Both the position numbers and the translations under genes were made by a program. The notes beneath the pieces are model-generated. The model made no database searches. It had not been told where the DNA came from and saw only the letters and a program-made list of their open reading frames with translations. A stretch of 64,000 nucleotides of DNA from Selaginella moellendorffii (taxonomy: Eukaryota > Plantae > Lycopodiophyta), in assembly GCF_000143415.4 (NCBI RefSeq), contig NW_003314271.1, positions 2,544,312-2,608,311 on the forward strand, written 5' to 3'. Below, in pieces: positions 28,497-38,859 of the stretch; the stretch's first letter is position 1, and each line of letters begins with the position of its first letter.

Positions 28497-28547
28497 ACAC
28501 ACCTGTCCAGTTGGTTACAGTGTCAATCCATAAGGGTGCAAGAATTG
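28082..28547. repeat. Direct duplication of a (GA)n tract plus ~55-bp unit
   Basis: (GA)n followed by gcac(g/a)cacctgtc(t/c)agt...ttacagtgtcaatccataagggtgc(g/a)agaa at ~28082-28177 and ~28454-28547. Confidence 0.85.
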
Positions 28548-28705
28548 ATCACGTCCACAATCAGTACAAATATGAAACCCTCAGATACAAAGAGCCATAA
28601 TAACTGTTTTTAAGAAAGTATTACATCTAAACCATTGATTTGACAAATCGAAGGGTAAGAGAATATCTGTCCCCCAATGCCAATAGCACTTTTAAATAAA
28701 GAAGT

Positions 28706-28733
28706 ACTAGCAAAAGTCCCAGCTATGCTGGGA
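28706..28733 (-). mobile_element. Helitron-type 3' terminus (hairpin + CTAG|T)
   Basis: Minus strand TCCCAGC-ATA-GCTGGGA-CTTTTG-CTAG|T; same hairpin family as the end at 24422. Confidence 0.8.
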
Positions 28734-29135
28734 GCATTGTGTTCATTTCTGATATTTTATTAATTTCAAAGAATTGTAATAGTAATTGAAATTTTTAACA
28801 TAATCATAATTATAAGATATATAGTTAAACATAAATTAATATTTATATTAAAAATCCTTTCTAAAATTGAATCTATCACCAACACACATCATAACATCAT
28901 AAATAAAACTCATTATATTATATCATATTTAAAACTGATTGTTGAGAGAAGTCTTGGATATTCTATAAATGGAATTGCTCACCACAGGATCCCATGGCCA
29001 GATGAGCCATTTAGAAATTGAGGTTTGATAACCAATCTTTTCTTTTATTTGAAATCTCTATGCAATTGACAAAAAATTATTATTACTTGATGATTCTACA
29101 ATTTTTCCTCTTAAGAAAGTAAGTGTTACTTAGTA

Positions 29136-29246
<111 letters not shown>

Positions 29247-29601
29247 ATATATATATACATATATTTTTATATATATAAAAAAAAAAATATATATAAATAT
29301 ATATATCTTTATATATATACAGACAGATAATTTGTATATGTGTGACACTATAACAAAAAAGATATGTATATGTGTTATTTTTTCTTTACATATATTTATA
29401 TATTATACATATATATCTGTGACACTCTCTTTGTGCACAATATATATAGATATGCTGTGTGAGAGTAGTATGAAAAAGAAAGATACTCTTATATATATCA
29501 CACATCTTCTTTTTGTCTATTTTTATATAGAGAGAGAGTGCCTCTCTGAAAAAAGATCTCTCTCTCTCTATGTATATGTATATATATATATATATATATA
29601 T

Positions 29602-29950
29602 NNNNNNNNNNNNNNNNNNNNNNNNNNNNNNNNNNNNNNNNNNNNNNNNNNNNNNNNNNNNNNNNNNNNNNNNNNNNNNNNNNNNNNNNNNNNNNNNNNN
29701 NNNNNNNNNNNNNNNNNNNNNNNNNNNNNNNNNNNNNNNNNNNNNNNNNNNNNNNNNNNNNNNNNNNNNNNNNNNNNNNNNNNNNNNNNNNNNNNNNNNN
29801 NNNNNNNNNNNNNNNNNNNNNNNNNNNNNNNNNNNNNNNNNNNNNNNNNNNNNNNNNNNNNNNNNNNNNNNNNNNNNNNNNNNNNNNNNNNNNNNNNNNN
29901 NNNNNNNNNNNNNNNNNNNNNNNNNNNNNNNNNNNNNNNNNNNNNNNNNN
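29602..29950. other. Assembly gap (N run)
   Basis: N bases. Confidence 1.
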
Positions 29951-30987
29951 ATATAGAGAGAATGCTAATCTGAAATAAGATTATTATCTCTCTATATTTA
30001 TGTATATATATATATATATATATATTTAAAAGCAGGGCTTTATAACACTGTTATGAATGCTGGAATTTTATTATGATAAATGAATGGTTATGGTTTACTC
30101 TATACTGGGGTAGAGTAGGGTTTGATAATATATAATTTTTCTCTATGTTAGAATTAAATATATCATAAAATTCCTGAATAGTATATAGATAGGTTTAATA
30201 TAATTAAATTGTAGTTGTTTTTCATGTATAAAAATTATGTAGGATTAAGTGTTAGAAACTTTTATGATAATATATATATGTTAGCCATTTGACAACTCAA
30301 TATATTTAATTTTATTTATGTTTTTTTAAAATAACAATGAGATTACTGATAAAAAATTATTTTAGACAAGATTTATAATCATAATTATAATTTTTAACAT
30401 AATAATAATTATAAGATATATGGTTAAACATAATATAATATTTATATTAAAAATCCCTTCTACAATTGACTCTATCAGCAACACACATCATTACATAATA
30501 AATAAAACTCATAACATTGTATCTTCGATCTTCTATAAGTGGAATTACTCATTATGAATCCCACTCTTAAGGATGGGTTCAATACAAATGGTTGTATGAG
30601 TGAAAATCCAGAAACTTAATATTTTGTGAGAGGAAGAAGCTAAAGCTTTAAAAGATCATATCTGTATATAGATGCTCATAGTGGCAGTGGTAGTGATTAT
30701 TATTTTGTATTCTACTCTATATGACCTACCATATTTCGTATGATCTATATCATAGACTCAGTTTTAGAAATAAAAAATTAGTCTATGTACTAAAATTGAA
30801 ATTATATTATTAAGCTAGATGCATATTATAATATTTATATTAAATTATTGATAATTTTAGTGATAATAATATAATACTTATTAAAATTATAGATTAGTGA
30901 TAATATTATATTTTAATATTTAAAATTATTTATTAATTCACATATTTATATGTAACAAAAATTTTATTTATTAAATCTATTCTGTAG

Positions 30988-31500
30988 CAATGTTTGCACA
31001 ACCATATTTGTCCATGTGACCAACTCTTCTTCTAAAGCAGTGATTTCTGGTACAAAGACAGTATCTGAGATGTTGTCTATCAACCTGAAGGTTTCCAAGT
31101 TCTCTGCTATTTTTCATGTTATTGTGTCAGTGAAAGAATTCCAGACTGGTGACTTCTATTACCCAGCATGTGTGAAGGTTGTCAATGGAAGCCAATGTGG
31201 CAAGAAGGTTACTCAGGTTTCGGAAAGTATGTGGCAATGCAACTCTTGTGACACTGATTCTGGAGATATTCACTTCAAATATGCACTACACTTGTGTATT
31301 CTGGACAGCACTGGACATATATAGACGGTTGCATTTGATGATGCTAATGAAATTGTAGATATGCCTGCATGTAAGCTGGCTGCGCTACAAGATGATGATT
31401 ATACTGTTTTTTCAACCGTAATGGACTCTATTTGATCAAAGATGTACAATCTGAAGATTCGTTGCAAGCTCGAGAGCTACAGAGATACCAAAAAATTATA
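30988..31500 (+). pseudogene. RPA70-like C-terminal OB-fold with Zn finger (Helitron-type RPA), disrupted
   Basis: FYYPACVKVVNGSQCGKKVTQVSESMWQCNSCD...KYALHLCILDSTGHI*TVAFDD. Confidence 0.85.
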
Positions 31501-31729
31501 GTTGGTCTTGACACTTAAAAGAAAAAATGTGTGAGAAAACAAAAAGTATGTTTTATTTCTTTCTACTATTGTTTTATAATTTGTTGTGTGTGGTATCAAG
31601 TTTCTAAGTATAAGCCCAAGCTGGAGCTTTCAAAACTAATGTTGTGTAGAAGTTGATGAATGATTAAAACAATTTGTAATAATGTAATTAGTTAAAAACT
31701 GTTTAAATTAACTAAGTATTGGTTGTAGC

Positions 31730-32450
31730 TAGCAACCATCCATTCACACAGCCATGAGACATCTTCTAATTCAGGATCAACTAAAAGGGTAGAGCCACCT
31801 GTGACTGAAATAGACTTGCCATTGTAATCTGAAATCCGGCTGCCCTTCAGGCATACAGTAGGCTTCTGCCCTTGTCCAGGTTTCTCCTCGATTTCTGAAC
31901 CTTCATCTTCGGCCTTTGAATCCCACAGACACATGTCTATACTGTGGCCTGATTCATCACTCAAAGAAAGCATCCTCCTTCTCATGAATGCTCCAGAATC
32001 CTTAGGAGAAATGTTTGTCTATTCCACATTACACCACCAATCACGTCTATAAATGTCTCTTGGCCGAGCTTAGAAGCATCTAAAACACTCATTCTATTAA
32101 GAACAACATTTGGAATACGTAGATCGTCCTCTACACACTTGATCTCCATAGTCTTGCTTGCTTTTATCTCCCAATTTGATTTATATGGTGTATATGCTGG
32201 TTTAGAGTGTTGTATACCACTGTTCCCTGAAAATATATAGACACTGCCTTGCTCAATATCATGAAAGATGCTTTGCATTCATGCCAAACCCAACAATATG
32301 TATTTTGGAACTTTATGCATCGGCAACAGCAATTGACATAACACACCCAGCTGTGCTTGTTTCAAAGAATACAAGTTTCCCTTTGTGTCTCACCTTGGCA
32401 GGAAAAGACCATCGGTAGCAGTGGCCCCTGATGTTCTTATATGGCATCTC
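31730..32450 (-). pseudogene. RPA70-like central OB-folds (DBD-A/B), disrupted
   Basis: IEQGSVYIFS, FIDVIGGV, RRMLSLSDESGHSIDMCLWD, VCLKGSRISDYNGKSISVTGGSTLLVDPE. Confidence 0.85.
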
Positions 32451-32859
32451 AGCTTCTTAGAACTCTGTCCCTTAACATGAAACAGAGAAAAAAAATTAAA
32501 AATGTTATATACATACATACATAATGTAATTAGTTACAAACAATTTGTAACTAAATAACTAATTTGTAATGTATTTAGACAAAACTAACATTAGTAGTCG
32601 TAGTGCTTTACATTTGTGTTTATTTTTTTATAAAAGAAATATCAGAAGAAAAATCTGGGAGTGTCATATATATTTCAGTTCTTGGCTTTTCGTTTATATT
32701 GTTTCTTTATATTAACAAAGAAATATTCAAGCATGAGATTTCATAGGTGGTTATGTTAAAGGTTTTGAATATGAAAGTGTGGGAAAGCTTACTTGATTGT
32801 AAGAAGAAGTTCAGCCTTTTCTATATCATGATTTTTAAATACATATTCTGTAATTACAT

Positions 32860-34400
32860 TAACCTTGAAGGATATGCACTCTAGTGTTCATTGGATCACC
32901 AATGAAAGGCACATTGATATTGTAAACATCTATCACTTTGGCTTCAGTTCTGTCATCTTGGACTATTACAAAACTTTGCAATCTCTAGAGACAGACCAGA
33001 TATTCTTCTGGCTGCTTGCTGAGCAGAACATTAAGTTGTAGTTATCTGCGCAAGTAGAGTATGTCATAATCCATGAGTTTTTTTCACGAACGTGCCTCAA
33101 CAATCCACACACAGCAGGCCTGTATATTTGATTGGAGTATATGAAGCAGTGTGATCCATGCAATGCAATTATACACATCTCTTTCCAGGTATGTAATACA
33201 TTAGTGGGAGAATTAGGAATGTTTGTAAACAGCTGATATACAAACCTTCTGATGTTGAAAGGTTAGGAATATATTCAATGGAATTGTTGCCCCCATCAAT
33301 GAAAGTTCCCATGTAAGTCAATGCTTGAAGTGCCTAAAAAAAGATAAACAAATCACAAACTTTAATGAGCATATCACCTCAAGTGCTGGGTTCTTTCAAA
33401 TGTTCCCCTGCAAAGATCCAGTGCATTGTTCTAGACTCTAACAATTTCTGCATAAAAGCTTCAGATGCTTCAACATCAGAAATCAAAGAGTAAAGGCACA
33501 GATGTAAAGGCAAAGGTTTATTTTTTTTAAGGAATGTCAAAGTTCCTTTGTTCCATACAGTTGATCAACAAAATGCGAAGGTATAGCTACTTGGAACGTG
33601 TCTTGTCCAAGGTGAAGCTGGCCCTTTAGCGTGATGTGTTCCTTTATAGGTCCTGCATATTTACATATTTTACATATTGCTTCATCTTTAGAAGTTTGTT
33701 GCAATCTTGATCCGCAGCATAATGAACAAACTGTGTGTATAAAAACTGGACAGAGCTTATCTACTTCAAAGTATCCAGGTATCTGCAAAACAACGTGTAT
33801 TTAATATGGGCTTGTTTCATTTCCTTTCGCACTTACCCCTGTGCATTCCCTTGCAATATTCCGAAAAAGTCCCAGCTACGCTAGGAGCATAGTGCATTGT
33901 ATACATTGTACATTGTATACATAGAATATTGCATTCCCTTGCAATATTCCGAAAAACAGAGTCAAGGAATTATTTTGGCATCATCTATTATACATGAAAC
34001 AATGCTCATGCCTGTGACATTTGCTCTCTTGAAATAACCGTCTCCTTGTAAATTAATGAAACATCTTGTTGGTGGAGTTCCAGAAAAACATTCATTCATC
34101 AACTCTTTGAATAATTCCATTATGTTGCCATGGAATTTGAGCTGCCATCATATAGATTATTGTCAGGGATCCACATGCTATATTGAACTTACTATATCAT
34201 ATCAGACTTGTTGATGTTATCTGTTATTGTGAGTTGACCACTGTTGTAGCCTATATCATTGATACTCACTACAACACCTTCAACAGAACCTACAGAGTCT
34301 CGGCCTCTACATGACTCCACAAAGTTTTCAATGCTGATAGTTGGTACAGACAGACGAAATTGTGGCACTATAAGCTATTACCTAAAAGCTTACGTTTTCT
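32860..34400 (-). pseudogene. Second decayed multi-exon OB-fold/Zn-ribbon gene (Helitron-associated?)
   Basis: VGSVEGVVVSIND...QLTITDN (OB-like); PVFIHTVCSLC...CKICK...ITLKGQL (RPA C-terminal-like); splice sites present. Confidence 0.5.
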
Positions 34401-34632
34401 TCCTAGCATAATAGATGCTCATCATTGTGGTGGGTCAATAAAAAGAGGAGATGCACTGGGCCTGGGTTGGAACTCAAGTCATCATGTTGTTTCGCATTTC
34501 TCTAGCATGACTCCACATTCAAATATATATAGCCACAGATACCACCTACTCAAAAATAAACTGGAGATAACCATAAAGGAAGTGCATAGAAAGAAAAATA
34601 GGCAGCTAGCCTCTTCCCACTCTTTCATGCAC

Positions 34633-35418
34633 TGTGGTCCATGCACTGTGTGCGAGTGGAATCCCGAATAGGACAGCCTTTTGCCCAATGAGCAGGCCAG
34701 GCTCAAGGCTCGGCAGGGCGTGAAATACGTTTGCCTCGATGGCTTACAGGTGCTCAACTCCGAGCTAGCAAGCAAAAAAATTTAGCAGAAGCAGCGAGCG
34801 AGTAAGGAATGACGAAGAACCAAACAAATAAGACAAATACATTATCAGAGATGAAACTCTAGAACCGGTTGCCAAGGACGGTGTCACCATTGGCGAATTT
34901 TGCATACGTGGGAACATGGTGTTCAAGGGATACTTGAACAATCCAGACTCTGGGGACTTGGCAGTTTGGCATCCCAATGGATACATCAAGATCAAGGATC
35001 GAGCCAAGGATATTATCATTTCTGGAGGAGAGAACAATAGCAGCCTGGAAGTGGAGAGCATCTTGTACAGGTAAAAGGAGAGTTTTTCCTTCTTTGTTTC
35101 TTGTTAAAGTTTGCTTCTTTTTCATCCAGGCATCCAGCAGTGTTGGAAGCTGCTGTGGTGGCGCAGCCAGATGAGCAGTGGTCCATGTGCGTTTGTGTCC
35201 CTCAAGCACAGCGTGAGTCTCCATGTGCGTTTGTGTCCCTCAAGCACGGCGTGAGAAGCAACAAGGAGGAGATACTCTTGTCGTATCGACAGCATTTACC
35301 GAAGTTCATGGTGCCAAAGAGCATCGTCATTCTCACAGCCTTGGACAAAACTGCAACTGGCAAGATCCAAAAACAGGTGCTGTGCAGCAAAGCAAGAGCT
35401 CTTGGCAGTGTCAAGTAA
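34633..35418 (+). pseudogene. Acyl-activating enzyme (AAE, short-chain acyl-CoA ligase) C-terminal fragment
   Basis: GPCTVCEWNPE*D, QARLKARQGVKY, RGNMVFKGYLNNP, SGDLAV, IKDRAKDIIISGGEN, ESPCAFV, KTATGKIQK; premature stop, insertion, deletion, 39-bp tandem duplication; intron retained. Confidence 0.88.
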
Positions 35419-35489
35419 ATCAGCAAGCTCTACAAGCCAACTATTGAACTTGTAAAGCTTGAAATCGTTCATGGCCTGGAAAATCCCCA

Positions 35490-36384
35490 ATCTAGCCTAG
35501 CAATTTTAAATCGGTCAGCTACTGTCCGTCCGTTGTAATGTACTGGAATGAAAAATAAATAAATAACATGCAAGAACCAAGAACGCAATTCATCTACCTC
35601 AAACAGTAGCTTTGTCTTATCAGCCGTCACTCTTGCATATCCAAATGCCGACCTTCGAATCAAGCTCCATGAACTAAACTGTCGACAAAAAAAATAGAAA
35701 AGGTAGAATATCAATACCATATAAAGAGCTTGAATATAGGAAACAAAGCTGCAAGCTTACATTATGAGGGAAGTCATCCAAGGTGAATTCAGCCATGCCA
35801 ACCACGGTGTGAACTGGAGCTGAGTAAATTGTAGTGTCAAAGAAATCGACGCCTGTTAAATCCTTGATCGGGTGCTGCAGGCAGCGCCCTGAAACACAGC
35901 ACAAGTTCGCAGGTAATTGTGAACATGCCCCCACACTGCTAAATCAACCTGTGCAAAAAAAAAAAAGAAAAAAGAAAAAAGACAGTTTCATTCTAGTTTT
36001 CCCTTTGAAGAGCTCGTGTTTTACCTTGTTTCTCAAGAGCAATGGTTCCACAGCTGCTACAAATTTCAGATCCACACCTGGTAAAGTTTAGAAATAAATC
36101 CCCCACAGTTGAGTGGAGTACATAGGTCGATGACTGAAAGAAAAATAGCACACATGAGTTTACAGAATGAAAATGTGAATAAAAACAGTTACCCTGTGAA
36201 AACTATCCATGGTGTACTGAATCTGCCGACAAATTCAAGGTCAGATTTCATCCAAGCGTACTGTAGAAGAAGGTTTCGTTGAAGGAAAGATGAAAAGAAT
36301 AAGAATGCATACTTGTTCACTGGTCGAGCTCCAGTCATGTTCTGTAGAGATGATTGTGAAATGCATGGGGCCAATAGCCATGGA
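35490..36384 (-). pseudogene. Purple acid phosphatase (NPP/PAP27-type) C-terminal fragment
   Basis: GPMHFTIISTEHDW, PWIVFTG|HRPMYS, WGHVHNYLRTCAVFQ, APVHTVVGMA, FGYARVTAD; several introns retained. Confidence 0.85.
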
Positions 36385-36822
36385 GCCGTGGAGCTGTGGC
36401 TGTCCCGAGGAGAAGTACAGGGACGAAAATTTCTTTTTTTTCTCTTGGTTCCAGCCTCGAGCACCTGGCACAAACAGGAACTTTAAGCCTCGAAAGAGAA
36501 TAGCAAAAAGCAAGAGAGTGAAAAACCTTGATTCTAGTCGTGGTTCCAGCCTCGAGAACCTGGAACAAACAGGGGCTTGAGAGACTCAAAAAAAATAGAG
36601 CTTAGACCCGACGGCCGTGGAGCTGTGGCTGTCCCGAGGAGAAGTACAGGGACGAAAATTTCTTTTTTTTCTCTTGGTTACAGCCTCGAGCACCTGGCAC
36701 AAACATGAACTTTAAGCCTCGAAAGAGAATAGCAAAAAGCAAGAGAGTGAAAAACCTTGATTATAGTCGTGGTTCCAGCCTCGAGAACCTGGAACAAATA
36801 GGGGCTTGAGAGTCTCGAAAAA
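36385..36822. repeat. Tandem duplication, 229-bp period, 2 copies, each with an internal sub-repeat
   Basis: gccgtggagctgtggctgtcccgagg starts at 36385 and 36614; ccagcctcgag(c/a)acctgg occurs twice per unit. Confidence 0.92.
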
Positions 36823-36825
36823 AGA

Positions 36826-37040
36826 CTGTCATTTTTCCGGCGCATGGCCATTGACAACGGTTTCCTGAGCTTTTCAATCGGTAGCAGCTTCAGATCTTCA
36901 CGTACAGCTGACTGTAGCTCTGAGGTGCTCTGCAATGAAGACCGCATCAAACACACACACACACAAAGACAGAGAGAGAGAGAGAGAGAGAGTACCTTCC
37001 CACAAGCGATGATCGACGCTCTCTCCTCGTGCTCACGCGC
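36826..37040 (-). pseudogene. Probable sulfiredoxin N-terminal fragment
   Basis: After a CAG acceptor: LKLLPIEKLRKPLSMAMRRKND, resembling plant SRX (ELPLDKIRRPLMRTRSND, from memory); preceded by a (CT)n/(GT)n intron. Confidence 0.5.
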
Positions 37041-37242
37041 CCTAAAAGACAATTAAAAGTTTTTATGATCCCAAAAGTCACGACTCCCCATTGTTTAATC
37101 TCAGCTGTTAGATTTTGGCATATGCCCAGAATAAGTGACGCCAGCATATGCTATTATTATACCGGCTCTGTCATTTAAATATATGAGTATGATGATACTC
37201 AAATGTGAGATTTTTCTTCTTGACTTTAGATTTCTAACATAC

Positions 37243-37340
37243 TTGTTTAATTTGAGGTGACATGGTGCAATTTGGCCATCTTCCAGCTGTATTTCCTCCA
37301 TTGACAACCATTGTTTATATGTTCAAAGGCATCCATATTG
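37243..37340 (-). pseudogene. Degenerate group IIa/IIb WRKY domain fragment
   Basis: INNGCQWRKYSWKMAK, then a frameshifted CTMSPQIKQ followed by a GT donor at the conserved V-type intron position. Confidence 0.75.
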
Positions 37341-38406
37341 AAAGCAAGTCTTTTAAGTTATTTGACCTATTGACTGTGTTCACTTGGTGCTCAATGCTTG
37401 CAATCGTCAGAAAAGGCCAGAAGTGCACTGCTTGTATGGGATCCTCATGCTTGATAACTTTAATCACTCACTTGGTAGGCTTTGCTCTTCAGATTTGGAG
37501 GCTGCTGGCTAGAGAATTGTGCTAGGAGCATACTCCATCCTTTCTTATCCTGCTTACTGATTATCTTAGAAGCTTTTTTCTCCCATACAAATTGGGCTTT
37601 GCTTCCTGCTAGTATGATCTAGAGAACAGAACAGGAGGAACTTGTTGGGATAAAGATCTCTTCTATTCGTTGTGGGAGGATGCACAAAGCTTTTGTTTTT
37701 GGCAGTTTGATTCCTATTGTTTTGCAACTTGAGGTGCTCCTTGAGGGCTTTGATTGCACTCTGAGTGAAGGAATGCTTGGGAATTGTATAAACAAATTAC
37801 AAAAAGTATAGAAACATGCTAGAATATACTTAGATATCCTAGGTATATTCCTTGTACCAGTAAGTTTTCTAAAACTACTTCTCTAAAAGGATGATTTCTA
37901 TATCCAAAGATTGATGAGTTCTTTAAGAAATAAATAAAGAAACTACTAGGAAGAGTAATGCCACTTTTGCTCATAATATTTCTAATGTTTTCTTAGAGTA
38001 TTTTCTTCTTACTTCTTTTACTAATTGTTCTTTGCTTTACTTTTGGATCATTCCTTACTACTAAAGCCTCTCACAGAAAGAGTTCAATAAATAGAATTTA
38101 CTTGTTTGCATCTTTTTAAAGTTACTGTATATTATTATTACATATTTATAAGGTCATCAGGTGGAAGTGTTGCAAGGGAAAACTCACACTACTTTCACAG
38201 CCTCATTAGCACTAAAGATCCTTCTTTTTTACTTTTCAAAGCAAACCAACTACTGCAGCAAAATGCAGTCAAACAGAAAATTCCATGCCTTCTATAAAGG
38301 ATAAATAAAGCTTAGAATAAAATTTCAAAATATATTCTAAGAATTTATTTCACGGCAGAATATATTGTGAGCACAAGCCCTAATTAGGGCTTGTGAAGGA
38401 GCGGCA

Positions 38407-38763
38407 ATGTTCGACTCCACCATCGGCCTGGCAGCAGACATCGAAGGGAGAGTGGTCTCCTCCGCGCGCACATCCATGTCCAATGCAGCCACCTCCATGT
38501 CCGACTTCCTTGTCCATGCCGCCGCCGCCACTCCCGGTGCACCGCAGCCGGACGAGACGCTCCACAGGTACCTCGATTCCGTGGCCATGGATTTGCACGA
38601 GTCGGCCACTGCAAAGAGGGACGCCCACGCCCAGCAGCGCTCCATCACCAGGGACTACTCGAGGAAGAAGAAGAAACTGGGGAGAGCCTCCCAAGCCCAA
38701 GACGACGATGCCCGCGTCAAAAAGTCTAAGAAGAAAAAGAAAACACAACATCACCAGATCTAA
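38407..38763 (+). CDS. Small protein with helical N-terminus and Lys-rich (nucleolar-like) tail
   Basis: 118-aa intronless ORF, GC-rich like neighbouring genes, good ATG context, tail KKSKKKKK. Confidence 0.6.
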   Translation: MFDSTIGLAADIEGRVVSSARTSMSNAATSMSDFLVHAAAATPGAPQPDETLHRYLDSVAMDLHESATAKRDAHAQQRSITRDYSRKKKKLGRASQAQDDDARVKKSKKKKKTQHHQI

Positions 38764-38859
38764 GTTCCAAGGTTTTCAGCTCAAACTTCGATCGTATCCG
38801 TGGTCTTTTTGCTTGATTACACCGAGGGAGCTCCTCTCTTCTTGCCCGATTGATCACGG

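Noticed and set aside
37944-37975. ACTAG sites at ~37946 and ~58316 as additional Helitron ends
   Set aside because: No convincing subterminal hairpin.
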